Assembly: GCA_963700145.1 (NCBI GenBank)
Contig: OY969474.1
Span: forward strand, 4,864,001 to 4,928,000
DNA: 64,000 nt
Source of the DNA: an uncultured Acidobacteriota bacterium
GTDB taxonomy: Bacteria > Acidobacteriota > Thermoanaerobaculia > Multivoradales > UBA5704
Reading direction: 5' to 3'
Made by a program: the position numbers and the translations under genes. Every line of letters starts with the position of its first letter. Within the stretch, counting starts at the first letter, position 1. The notes under the pieces are model-generated. The model saw only the letters and a list, made by a program, of their open reading frames with translations. It did no database searches and was not told the origin of the DNA. Shown one piece after another: positions 9,869 to 19,098 of this stretch.

Positions 9869-10119
9869 GCGCAACGTCAGCCCGTCATGAACGCTACGGG
9901 TGGCATCATTGGTTGCCTGAACTGCCTAGTACGCCTGCAGTCGCGGCGCTGGCTGGCGCTTGGGCGGCTGAGCCGGATGACGCAATTGCACCTGATGGGT
10001 CGGCGCCGGATATGCCCGCCCGAGTTCCTCGGAGAGCGGGATTGGCTTCCGGCGGAGGCGCTGCGGGACAGTACGTGGGCCGTGTAGCATTCCAGGGGAG
10101 CGAGGGAGACGCGTTTTTC

Positions 10120-10452
10120 ATGGGCACCGCGAACCCCAGCGAGCGAGAAGAGATCCAGCAGATGATCCGGCGGATCGTCAGTCGGTTTCGTCCCGAGAGA
10201 ATCATCCTCTTCGGGTCGCATGCGCGTGGCGATGCGGGCCCCGACAGCGACGTCGATCTTCTCGTCGTCATGCCAGTGGAAGGATCGAGGCGAGAGAAGG
10301 CGGTGGAGATCGGCGTTGCGCTCCAGGACATCCGGCTCCCGAAGGACATCATCGTCACCACTCCGGAGGCCTTCGAAGCCCGCAGCGAGATCCCCGGCAC
10401 GATCGAGCGGCTGTCAGCGAGGGAGGGAAGAGTTCTGTATGCCCGCGGGTAA
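10120..10452 (+). CDS. Minimal nucleotidyltransferase (MNT antitoxin-like), no HEPN partner seen
   Basis: IILFGSHARGDAGPDSDVDLLVV motif. Confidence 0.9.
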   Translation: MGTANPSEREEIQQMIRRIVSRFRPERIILFGSHARGDAGPDSDVDLLVVMPVEGSRREKAVEIGVALQDIRLPKDIIVTTPEAFEARSEIPGTIERLSAREGRVLYARG

Positions 10453-10758
10453 GAGCGGCACGACCTACCAGCACATCGTCCTCGACGAGAGCGGGTTCCC
10501 TGGATCGTTGGGGCGAACACCAGGATCGTCGAGCTCGTCTCGGAGGTCCAGGCCTACGGCTGGAGCCCTGCGGAGCTGCACTTCCAGCACCCGCACCTGA
10601 GCCTCGGCCAGATCCATTCGGCCCTGGCGTACTACTGGGACCACAAGGACGAGATCGACGCGGACGTACAGCGGCGTTTTGAGGAGGCCGAGACCCTGCG
10701 GCGCAACGCGGAGCCCTACCCCGTGGTGCGGGAGCTGCGGGCGCGTGGTCTCCTCTGA
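10439..10758 (+). CDS. DUF433 antitoxin-like protein (apparent 1-nt frameshift near 10495)
   Basis: Reads TYQHIVLDESG|PWIVGANTRIVELV..GWSPAELHFQHPHLSLGQIHSALAYYWDH across the frameshift. Confidence 0.75.
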
Positions 10759-10850
10759 TGGGCGTCTGCGTGGACGACCTGGAGCTGATCGCCAAGACGC
10801 ACGAGCCCGAGGATCTACTAGGTCGTGCGGAGTACCTCCCGGTTTCCTGA
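10758..10850 (+). pseudogene. Internally deleted DUF5615 PIN-like toxin remnant
   Basis: TGATG-coupled to DUF433; 30 aa MGVCVDDLELIAKTHEPEDLLGRAEYLPVS resembles only the C-terminus of DUF5615 partners. Confidence 0.55.
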
Positions 10851-10861
10851 CGAACCTGCTG

Positions 10862-11113
10862 TCACGCGCGTACTGCCGCACCAGGTTCGGCGAACAGCTC
10901 TCCGAGCCCGCGGAACGGGTACTGGCCACCCTTGAGCAGCCATCGGGTGAAGAAGAGGACCTCGAGGTTCTCCACGGCGCCGGTGTGCGGGTTCCGGCGG
11001 GCCGCGACGTTGTAGGCGAGCTGCTCGGTGTCCTGCTCGGGGTAGGGCGGAACCTTGCTGATGTAGAGGATGTCGCCAGCCTCGTCGTAATCGAAGTTCA
11101 ACGGCGTTTCCAT
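10862..11113 (-). CDS. DUF2283 family antitoxin-like protein
   Basis: FDYDEAGDILYI ... GAVENLEVL motif; overlaps upstream toxin-like gene. Confidence 0.75.
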   Translation of the reverse strand: METPLNFDYDEAGDILYISKVPPYPEQDTEQLAYNVAARRNPHTGAVENLEVLFFTRWLLKGGQYPFRGLGELFAEPGAAVRA

Positions 11114-11460
11114 TCGACATCTCCTCTGGGCGGTCGGCGCGCGACGAATGCGGTGACGATCCAATGCCTGAGATTCGGCGGCTCGGCCGAGACGACGGCT
11201 ACGACCACGTTCTTGCCGTCCAGCAGCTCGCCGTACCAGCGGATGAAGAGCCGCGTGCCCGGGTAATCGGTGTCCGTTCGGACTTCATCTGGGTCGGTGA
11301 CTGTCTGCTCGACACGAGTGCGCTGCGCCGGCAGCAGCTCCGGGTGGCGTTCGGCGATATGCCGCGCCCGCTCGTCGGTCCATTCTACTTCCCCATCGAG
11401 GTAGGGGCACGGCAGCCGCACGCCCGGCGAGTCCGCGCCGGGAGCGGGCGATGTCTTCAA
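11098..11460 (-). CDS. Putative RelE/BECR-fold RNase toxin paired with DUF2283
   Basis: TDERARHIAERHPEL, TVTDPDEV, WIVTAF motifs typical of DUF2283-linked toxins. Confidence 0.65.
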   Translation of the reverse strand: MKTSPAPGADSPGVRLPCPYLDGEVEWTDERARHIAERHPELLPAQRTRVEQTVTDPDEVRTDTDYPGTRLFIRWYGELLDGKNVVVAVVSAEPPNLRHWIVTAFVARRPPRGDVEWKRR

Positions 11461-12086
11461 GCGAGCCTCACTTCACTCTCGTCACCGAGGAGCCAAAGCT
11501 TCGGTTGCGCCAGCACTCGGGTCACGAACGTGTTCTCCTGGCTCACGCGTTGGGACAGCTCCTCCGAGGAATAGACCGTCAGGGCGACCTTGCGGCCGAG
11601 CTGCGCGGAAGCCTCTTCTAGGGCGGCGAACAGATCGGCATAGGTGAGACGGTCGCTGATCACCATCAGGTCGATGTCACTCGCGGCGTTGTCCTCGCCC
11701 TTGGCGATCGACCCGTAGATGAAAGCCGCCCGGATGCTCGGCGAGACGGGCGCCAGCGCCGCGCGGAGAACGTCGGCGAGCCCCACGGTCTTGAGCACCA
11801 GGGCTCGCAACTCCTCGAACACCGGCGAGGCGGCGTTAGCCTGGTAGTGCTTCTGCTTGCCGACGCGGGTGACGGTCACCAGGCCCGACGCCTCCAGCCG
11901 GGCGAGCTCTCGTTGCACGGCGCCGGTGCCCGAGCGTGCCAGGGCGATCACCTCGTTGGCGTAAAAGCTCCGCCGGGGATTGCCGAAGAGCACCGCCAGC
12001 ACGCGCTGCTGCACCTTGGCGAACAATGCGTCGGCCAGACCGGGGCTCTCCGGCTTGGGCCGTCGCGAGGCGGGATTCATTCCCAT
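11457..12086 (-). CDS. Winged-helix HTH plus nucleotidyltransferase domain protein
   Basis: N-terminal wHTH (GAVQRELARLEASGLV); AFIYGSIAKGEDNAASDIDLMVI. Confidence 0.88.
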   Translation of the reverse strand: MGMNPASRRPKPESPGLADALFAKVQQRVLAVLFGNPRRSFYANEVIALARSGTGAVQRELARLEASGLVTVTRVGKQKHYQANAASPVFEELRALVLKTVGLADVLRAALAPVSPSIRAAFIYGSIAKGEDNAASDIDLMVISDRLTYADLFAALEEASAQLGRKVALTVYSSEELSQRVSQENTFVTRVLAQPKLWLLGDESEVRLA

Positions 12087-12121
12087 GGTGGGTATGATAA
12101 ACCCCGTTCTGGGTATGTCAA
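12081..12121 (-). promoter_or_regulatory. Sigma70 promoter of the wHTH-MNT gene with repeated CCC..GGGTAT boxes (likely operator)
   Basis: On minus strand TTGACA (12121-12116), 16-bp spacer, TATCAT (12099-12094); ATG 8 nt downstream. Confidence 0.65.
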
Positions 12122-12227
12122 GCAGGCGGAGGGCCAGCTGAGCGGCTGGACCTCGTTCCGGGCGGTCCGCGCCGCTAAGTCTTTGCCTGCAAAGGCTTTC
12201 TTCTCCCTAGAAGATATTGTATCAGGG

Positions 12228-12437
12228 CCAGAGGAAACATCCTCTAGGCCAGAGGAAACAATTTCCGGACCGGAGGAAACATCCTTCGGACCGGAGGAAA
12301 CATCCTTTGGGACAGAGGAAACAATTCCTAGACCGGAGGAAACATCCTCTGAGACAGAGGAAACATTTCCTGAGACAGAGGAAACATCCTCTGGCCTAGA
12401 GGAAACATCCTTTGGTCCGGAGGATGTTTCCTCCGGT
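12228..12437. repeat. Tandem array of about 10 x 21-bp units with internal hairpin (CCRGAGGA-AACA-TCCTYYGG)
   Basis: Period-21 repetition of gaggaaaca; last full unit has the inverted core gaggatgtttcctc. Confidence 0.9.
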
Positions 12438-12503
12438 CCGGATACAGCATCTCCAGGCGCCCAGGACCTTCCCGCGGGGGCTCGCGGAGCTCCCGCGGCG
12501 GGG

Positions 12504-12776
12504 CTAGTACTCCGTCATCGTGTCGTCGGGGTAGCAGTAGAGCCAGCGCTCTTCGGGCTCGGCGGAGGCGATCACCGGGTGGCCGGAGAGGTGGGCGTGG
12601 CGGGTGGCGTGGCGGTTGGGGGAGGCGTCGCAGCAGAGGGTGGCGGCGCAGGTCTGGCAGGTGCGGAGGTGGACCCAGGGGTCGCCGGTCTTGATGCACT
12701 CCTCGCAGACGCGCCGCCGGGGCCACTTGATCTGCTCGACGCTCGCCAGGTGCTCGCAGACCGCCAGCGGGTCCAT
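12504..12776 (-). CDS. UBP-type zinc finger protein
   Basis: CEHL, CEEC, WVHLRTCQTC, CCDASPNRHATRH, WLYCYPD. Confidence 0.9.
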   Translation of the reverse strand: MDPLAVCEHLASVEQIKWPRRRVCEECIKTGDPWVHLRTCQTCAATLCCDASPNRHATRHAHLSGHPVIASAEPEERWLYCYPDDTMTEY

Positions 12777-12788
12777 CGCCCCCTCCGT

Positions 12789-13625
12789 TTAGGCCGTGCG
12801 CTCGACCGCGGCGAAGAAGCAATCGCCGAGCCACAGGCGGAGCCAGCTGCGCAGGACGGCGGGGTCGATCGGCTCCGGGACGTCGAGGGCGGCGAGGGCC
12901 TCGCCCAGGGTGCGCCGGCCGTCGAGGGCGGCGAGGAGGGCGTGCTGGTCGGTGAAGAGGGGGTGGAAGCGCACCCGGTAGTCGCGGCGGCTGACGGCGA
13001 GCGGGGTGGCGCGCGGGGCGGGGAGCGCGGGCGCTTCTCCGCGGTGGACGGCGGCGACGTAGTCGTGCACCGGGAAGTCGAAGCGGTAGAGCCGCAGGCA
13101 GGGCGCCGGAACGAAGCGGGCGGCGAGCAGGGCGGCCCGCGGCAGGGCGAGGATCTCCGCCGCGGGCCCCGGCGCCCCCTCCAGGCCGGGGCCGTCGTAG
13201 ACCTCCTGGCATGCCAGCTCGAGGGTGGCGAGCTCGACCAGGAGGTCGGCCCAGGGGGCGCGCTCCGCCGCCGGCCAGTCGGCGTCCGGGCGCGTGGCCG
13301 CGAGGTAGCCGGGGAAGGCGTCGGCCAGGCGCCCCAGGGTGTAGCCCGACGGCGGATGGCGGGCGAGATAGTCGGCGGCGAAGCGGTCGAAGAGCGGCTC
13401 GCCCAGGGCGTGCCGCAGCGCCGGGAAGACGGCGCGCAGGCACTCCAGGAGGCGCGCCTGGTAGGAGCGCTGGTAGATGCCGAGCCGCTCGGCGGCGGTC
13501 TGGGTCGCCGAGGCGGTGAGGACGCCGGCGGTGTCGGGCCCCGGCGGGCCGTCCGGCCGGGTGATCGCCGCCTGCAGCCAGCGCTGCCGCCGCGCCAGCT
13601 CGGGCGCCGGCTCCGGCTCGGTCAC
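12789..13625 (-). CDS. DUF2063 family MNIO partner protein (BufC/HvfC-like)
   Basis: [38 protein letters not shown]; GTGA overlap with DUF692 gene. Confidence 0.85.
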   Translation of the reverse strand: MTEPEPAPELARRQRWLQAAITRPDGPPGPDTAGVLTASATQTAAERLGIYQRSYQARLLECLRAVFPALRHALGEPLFDRFAADYLARHPPSGYTLGRLADAFPGYLAATRPDADWPAAERAPWADLLVELATLELACQEVYDGPGLEGAPGPAAEILALPRAALLAARFVPAPCLRLYRFDFPVHDYVAAVHRGEAPALPAPRATPLAVSRRDYRVRFHPLFTDQHALLAALDGRRTLGEALAALDVPEPIDPAVLRSWLRLWLGDCFFAAVERTA

Positions 13626-14557
13626 CCGAGCTCCGGCGCGACGAGGTGGGGCGGGTTGGAGAGCGGGAAGCCTGGCGCGCCGGACGCCGCGGCCCCGTCC
13701 ACCGCGCCGTCCCCATCCACCGCCGGCACCGCCGCCCCGCGCGCCCAGTCCCGCGCCTTCAGCACCTCGGCGTGGAGCACCGGGAAGGGCGGGATCCTGG
13801 CGTCCCACTCGAGCAGCGTCGCCACCCCGCGCGTCCTACCGTAGGCCAGCCGGTAGAGCTCCCAGACGCGGTCGACGACCGCGCCGTCGTGGGTGTCCAC
13901 GAGGTGGGTGCCGCAGTGCGTGTGGCCGGCGAGGTGGAACTGCACGATGCGCTCGGCCGGCACCGCCGCGACGTAGACCCGCGGGTCGAAGCCGTGGTTG
14001 ACGCTCGAGACGTAGACGTTGTTGACGTCGAGGAGCAGGCCGCAGCCGGTCTCCTCGCTCATGGCGCGCAGGAACTCCCACTCCGCGAGCGTGTCGGAGG
14101 TGAAGCTGACGTAGGTGCTCGGGTTCTCGAGCACCAGCGGCCGCTCCAGGAAGTCCTGCACCGTGCGGATGCGCCCGACGACGTGGCGCAGGGACTCCTC
14201 GTCGAGCGGCATCGGCAGGAGGTCGTGGGTGGTGCGGCCGAGGACGCCGGTCCAGCAGAGGTGGTCGGAGACCCAGGCCGGCCGCACGGCGGCGGCGAGG
14301 GTCTTGAGCTTGCCGAGGTAGGCGAAGTCGAGCGGGTCGCTGCTGCCGATCGAGAGCGACACGCCGTGCATGACCACCGGGTAGCGCTCGGCGATGCGGT
14401 CGAGCACCCAGCGCGGCCGGCCGGCCGAGTCGATGAAGTTCTCGGAGATGACCTCGAACCAGTCGACCGCCGGCCAGTGCTCGAGGATGTGGTCGAAGTG
14501 GATGTTGCGCAGCCCGACGCCGAAGCCGAGGTCGGGCAGGCCCAGCCGGTGCTCCAC
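13622..14557 (-). CDS. DUF692 multinuclear non-heme iron oxidative enzyme (MNIO)
   Basis: [57 protein letters not shown]. Confidence 0.95.
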   Translation of the reverse strand: MEHRLGLPDLGFGVGLRNIHFDHILEHWPAVDWFEVISENFIDSAGRPRWVLDRIAERYPVVMHGVSLSIGSSDPLDFAYLGKLKTLAAAVRPAWVSDHLCWTGVLGRTTHDLLPMPLDEESLRHVVGRIRTVQDFLERPLVLENPSTYVSFTSDTLAEWEFLRAMSEETGCGLLLDVNNVYVSSVNHGFDPRVYVAAVPAERIVQFHLAGHTHCGTHLVDTHDGAVVDRVWELYRLAYGRTRGVATLLEWDARIPPFPVLHAEVLKARDWARGAAVPAVDGDGAVDGAAASGAPGFPLSNPPHLVAPELG

Positions 14558-14568
14558 GATCGCCGGCC

Positions 14569-16278
14569 CTAGCTCGGCGGCAGGACGAGCCGCAGGTTGG
14601 TCGGGGCGGCGGGCGGCTTCGCGTCGGGGTACGTCACCGCGAAGATCTTCCAGGCCGTGTCCCAGACGTTGTCGCCGGCCTTGAAAGTGATGCTCTCGTA
14701 CGTCCACTGCGTGCTGGGGTCCTTGGAGTTGAAGACCTGCGCCACCGGGATCGGCGCGCCGCAGCCGCCATTGCTTTGAGCGGTATTGACGCTCGGGAAG
14801 CTGCTCGGCGGGCTGGGGTAGCCGCAACCGCCCTGCTGACTGCAACTGTTGGCCCCGCTGCAGGTGTGGATGATCGCGTTGGCGCACGTGTTCTGGCCCG
14901 GAGCGTCGGGAGCGAGGCCCTGGCAGGCGTGGGGCGGGCGCCCGGGGTAGGGGAGGCCGCCCGTGGTGTCGACCCGCTTGAAGGCCGGCACGCCGTGGGC
15001 CGCCCAGACCGCGGCGACGCGGGTGTAGAGCGCCTGCATCGCGGCGTAGGGGAAGAGGTCGTCGGCGTCGATGTCGGTGCCCTGGCGGTTGCGCCACCGC
15101 GGGTCCTTCCAGCTCGCCTCGATCGCCAGCAGCAGGCTGCTGTAGCTCTGGTTGAGCGCGTCGTTGATCTGGCCGGCGGTCGCGGGGTCGTTGAGCGCGG
15201 CGGCGCGCTGCGCGGCGAACTGCTTGGTCGCCGCGTCGACGTGGTCGGGGTCGGTCACCAGGTCCTGCCACGTCCACCCGGCCGCGCCGCGCACCTGCCA
15301 CCACTGCGGCCAGGTCTCGATCTCGGGCAGCCAGAGCACGACCTGCTGGAAGCGCTCGAAGTGGCCGAGCTGGTCCCAGAGGTGGCGGACCGCCGCGTCG
15401 TCGGCATTGTAATCGGCCTTCATGCTCTCCTCGGACGGCACGTACTTGTCGTCCACCGGCAGGGTGCCGACGTCCGCGTCGCGCCCTTCGCCCTGCTCGG
15501 TGATCGCCGCGATCATCGTGTCGGCGATCTTTCGCGCGTCGGCCGCCGGCACCCCCAGCGGGAAGAAGACGTCGAACCCCGGGTACTCCTCGTCGGGGTG
15601 CCACTCGTCGGGGTCGGTGAAGTTGAAGAGGTCGATCTGGATCGACTGCGGGTCGTAGACCTTCTCCCAGAGGGTGACGGCGCCGCCGGCGCCCGGGTAG
15701 GTGAGGTCGAAGTACTCCTGGATGCACTCGTAGAGGTGGCCGATGGTGCCGAAGACCGGCAGCGGGTCGCCCGTCTTCCAGCCGGCGAACGGCACCGCGG
15801 GCCGCTTCGTCGGGCTGTCCCAGTCGGGGTTCTCGATCGCCAGGAAGAGGCGCACCTGGTTACGGTCGACCGGCCCGAGCACGACGCGGACATCCTCGTA
15901 GCCGGGCATGTCCTTGAGGTCGCCGATGCAGGGGACGGTGGTGCCGTCGTAGGTGGGCGCGTTCATCTTCGGCGCCACGCCCATCGCGCTCGCCAGGTTG
16001 CCGGCGAGCTGCAGGTGGAGCATCTCCTGCACGTAGACCGAGAAGATGGTGTTGTAGGCGAGCTGGTTGAAGGTGACGACGGTGGCGAACGGCCGCAGCC
16101 CCGGCCAGAGGTTCGGCCCCGGCGAGGGCGCGGCGTAGGTGCCCTGGAGGGAGTAGAGGGCCGTCATGTAGAGCGGGATCGTGAACAGCTCCACGTCCAC
16201 CGCCGACTGGATCAGCGCGTGGAGGGCGGCGGTGTCGGTCGGCAGGTCTTCGGGACAGCGGGTCGGGGTCGGGCTCAT
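14569..16278 (-). CDS. VioB-type ferritin-like domain protein with C-terminal Cys/Gly-rich precursor-like region
   Basis: [53 protein letters not shown]; tail [31 protein letters not shown]. Confidence 0.85.
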   Translation of the reverse strand: MSPTPTRCPEDLPTDTAALHALIQSAVDVELFTIPLYMTALYSLQGTYAAPSPGPNLWPGLRPFATVVTFNQLAYNTIFSVYVQEMLHLQLAGNLASAMGVAPKMNAPTYDGTTVPCIGDLKDMPGYEDVRVVLGPVDRNQVRLFLAIENPDWDSPTKRPAVPFAGWKTGDPLPVFGTIGHLYECIQEYFDLTYPGAGGAVTLWEKVYDPQSIQIDLFNFTDPDEWHPDEEYPGFDVFFPLGVPAADARKIADTMIAAITEQGEGRDADVGTLPVDDKYVPSEESMKADYNADDAAVRHLWDQLGHFERFQQVVLWLPEIETWPQWWQVRGAAGWTWQDLVTDPDHVDAATKQFAAQRAAALNDPATAGQINDALNQSYSSLLLAIEASWKDPRWRNRQGTDIDADDLFPYAAMQALYTRVAAVWAAHGVPAFKRVDTTGGLPYPGRPPHACQGLAPDAPGQNTCANAIIHTCSGANSCSQQGGCGYPSPPSSFPSVNTAQSNGGCGAPIPVAQVFNSKDPSTQWTYESITFKAGDNVWDTAWKIFAVTYPDAKPPAAPTNLRLVLPPS

Positions 16279-16362
16279 CGCGGGCGGTCTCCTCTCCTGG
16301 CCTACGCAGTTGGGAAATCAATGGGTCGTGATGTCGCGGGAGTATAGGAGAATCCCGCCGCC

Positions 16363-17100
16363 GTGACCACGCTCTCGGTCAACCTCAACAAGGTCTGCCT
16401 GGTGCGCAACTCGCGCGGCGGGACGGTGCCGGACCTGGTCGAGGCGGCGCGGCTGGCGATCGCCGCCGGCTGCCGGGGGCTGACGCTGCACCCGCGCGCC
16501 GACGCCCGCCACGCGACGCTCGACGACGTCCGCCGGCTGGCCGCGATGCCGGAGGTGGCGGACGGGCGGATCGAGCTCAACGTCGAGGGGGACCTGCGGC
16601 CGGAGGTGATGGAGGTGGTGCGCGAGACGCGGGCGACGCAGTACACGGTCGTGCCGGTCACCCCCGGCGAGGTCACCAGCACCCGCGGCTGGCGGGCCAC
16701 CGACGACGGCGACGCCCTCCGCCGCGCGATCGACTCCTTCGCCGGCGCTACCCGCGTCAGCCTCTTCGTGGACGCCGAAGGGGAGGGGATCGACCTCGCC
16801 GCCGCCGCCGGGGCGGGCTGCGTCGAGCTCCACACCTTCGACTACGCGGCGGCCTACCCGACGCCGCGGCGCGACGAGGTGCTCGCCCGCTTCGTGCGCG
16901 CCGCCGAGCGGGCGCGGGGGCTCGGCCTGCGCGTCCACGCCGGCCACGACCTCGACCTCGAGAACCTCGGCCTCCTCGTCGAGCGCCTGCGTCCCGACGA
17001 GGTGTCGATCGGCCACGCGATCGTCTCCCAGGCGATCCTCACCGGCCTGCCGCTGGTCGTCGCGCGCTACGCCGCGATTACGGGCGCGAACGCGCCGTAG
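16363..17100 (+). CDS. pdxJ: Pyridoxine 5'-phosphate synthase
   Basis: LSVNLNKVCLVRNSRG, TLHPRADARH, LNVEG, VELHT, HAGHDL, EVSIGHA. Confidence 0.93.
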   Translation: MTTLSVNLNKVCLVRNSRGGTVPDLVEAARLAIAAGCRGLTLHPRADARHATLDDVRRLAAMPEVADGRIELNVEGDLRPEVMEVVRETRATQYTVVPVTPGEVTSTRGWRATDDGDALRRAIDSFAGATRVSLFVDAEGEGIDLAAAAGAGCVELHTFDYAAAYPTPRRDEVLARFVRAAERARGLGLRVHAGHDLDLENLGLLVERLRPDEVSIGHAIVSQAILTGLPLVVARYAAITGANAP

Positions 17101-17207
17101 GTATTCCGCGCCGCGCCGTTCTTTCGCTGGTACGGGCGTTGCACCCTTACGCCTCTTGGCCCGGGCGGCCGGACGTTCGTGCCCGCCCGCATCAAGGAGG
17201 AACCATC

Positions 17208-17844
17208 ATGCGTAAGGCCTTGACCACACTCACTCTCGCCCTCAGCCTGCCCCTCGTCCTCGCCGCGACCGCCGACGCGAGCCCCGGCAAGGGGAAGGGC
17301 AAGGACAAGGACAAGGGCAAGCAGCAGAAGCAGGTCCTGAAGCACGACAAGCACGACGACGACCACGGCAAGCACGACGGCAACATGCGCTTCCACGGCA
17401 TCGACAAGAACAACGACGGCCGCATCACCCGCGCCGAGTGGCCGGGCAACGACGTCTCGTTCGACAACCACGACTGGAACGACGACGGCGTCCTCTCCGG
17501 TGACGAGGTGCGTCCGGGCGCCCGCCGCGACGATGACGACGACGAGGTGCCGTTCGATCGCTTCGAGGCCCTCGACCTCGACAACAACGGCGTCCTGACG
17601 CGCTCCGAGTGGCGGGGGAGCGCGGCGCTCTTCGACCGCCTCGACCGCAACGACGACGGCGCCATCAGCCGGCGCGAGTTCCTCGACCGCATCCTGACGG
17701 GCGACGACCGCTTCGGCCTGATGGACGTCAACGACGACGGGCGCATCTCCCGCGGCCGAGTGGCGCGGCACGGCGGCGGCCTTCGACAGCCTCGACCGCA
17801 ACGACGACGGCTTCCTGTCGCTCGCCGAGTTCCTCCGCCGCTAA
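17208..17844 (+). CDS. Secreted multi-EF-hand protein (apparent +1 frameshift near 17755)
   Basis: AAGGAGG RBS; signal peptide; repeated DxNxDGxIxxxEW/F loops; last loop DRNDDGFLSLAEF lies in the shifted frame. Confidence 0.85.
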
Positions 17845-17925
17845 GGCGGAACGCAACCGGGACCTCCGGAGGGGGCGCGCGAGGAACGCGCCCCTTCCGG
17901 TTGGACCTACCCGAAGGAGGCCATC

Positions 17926-19009
17926 ATGGCCAGGCCAACGAAGCTCCTCCTTCCCCTGACCTTCACGATCCTTCTCGCCGCCGCCTTCGCCCCGCCCGCC
18001 GGGGCCGAGGTGACCGTCAGCTTCGGCGTCTTCTTCGACGGGCTCGCGCCCTACGGCGCCTGGACCAACCACCCGCGCCTCGGGATGGTGTGGTCGCCGG
18101 ACGTCGCGCCGGGGTGGCGGCCGTACAGCGACGGGCGCTGGGCGTTCGCGGCCGACGAGGGCTGGACCTGGCTCGGCGACGAGCCCTGGGCCTGGGCGCC
18201 CTACCACTACGGCAACTGGATGTTCGACCCGGTCGCCGGCTGGCTCTGGGTGCCGGGGTACGACGAGTGGGCGCCGGCGGTGGTGGACTGGCGGGTGACG
18301 GACGACTGGATCGGGTGGGCGCCGCGCCCGCTCAGCGCCAGCTGGATCGTCGGCCCGCGCCTGCTGCCGGTCCACTACACCTTCGTCGAGCGGCGCTTCT
18401 TCGCCGAGCCGATCCTGACGCGCTACATCGTGCCGGTCGGCCGCAACGTCGAGCTCTTCGCGTCGCGCGGCCGGTCCGCGTCGTCGACGTCGATTGGATC
18501 GAGCGCGCGGCCCGCGCCGGATCGAGCGCGTGCGGCTGCGGGACCTCAAGGCGCCGCGGGCGCTCCGGGGCGAGCTGCGCGCCGCGTCGCGGGGGCGCGA
18601 CCGCGTCGTCGTCGAGCCGCGGGAGCACGGCCGCCCGCGGGTGAAGGCCGCCAAAGCCGGCCGCCGGGTCGATCGCGGCCCGAAGATCGAACGGTCGGCC
18701 CCGCGCCGGGTCCGCGAGCTGCGGGCCGAGCGGCCGGGGCGGAGCCGCGACGTCCTTGAGCGGCGGAGCCGCGGTAAGGCGGAGAGCCGGGTCGGCGCGC
18801 GGCACGTCGAGCGGCGCCCCGCCGTCAAACAGTCGCCGCCGCGCAACGCCCGTGAGCAGCGGGCGACCGGGCGGACGCGCGGCGGGGGCCGCAGTGATGG
18901 CGGCCATCAGTTCGACCACGGGCCGCAGCGCCAGCACCAGCACGGCGCGCAGCGCGGCGGCGGCGGGAAGGGCGGCGGGAAGAAGGGCGGCGGCAAGCCC
19001 CCCCAATAG
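17926..19009 (+). CDS. DUF6600-type Trp/Pro-rich secreted protein with basic low-complexity tail (frameshift near 18460-18500)
   Basis: LAPYGAW, WRPYSDGRW, GWTW..DEPWAWAPYHYGNW, WLWVPG..WAPA, IGWAP. Confidence 0.75.
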
Positions 19010-19098
19010 CCAACCTTTCCCTTCCGCGGCCGTAGAAGAGGGCTGGACGCTATACTCGCGCGCCCAGCCCTCTTCGTCTTCCTTCGGAGGCCCCACGC

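Noticed and set aside
8237-12200. Intact integrative element or prophage at tRNA-Thr
   Set aside because: No integrase or phage genes, and I found no duplicated tRNA 3' end
12228-12437. CRISPR array
   Set aside because: Units are contiguous 21-mers with no unique spacers, and no cas genes are in the window; the same applies to 57657-58001
14558-15727. 701-aa extended DUF692 ORF (apparent fusion)
   Set aside because: The upstream part overlaps the ferritin-like gene in another frame; MNIO homology begins at 14557
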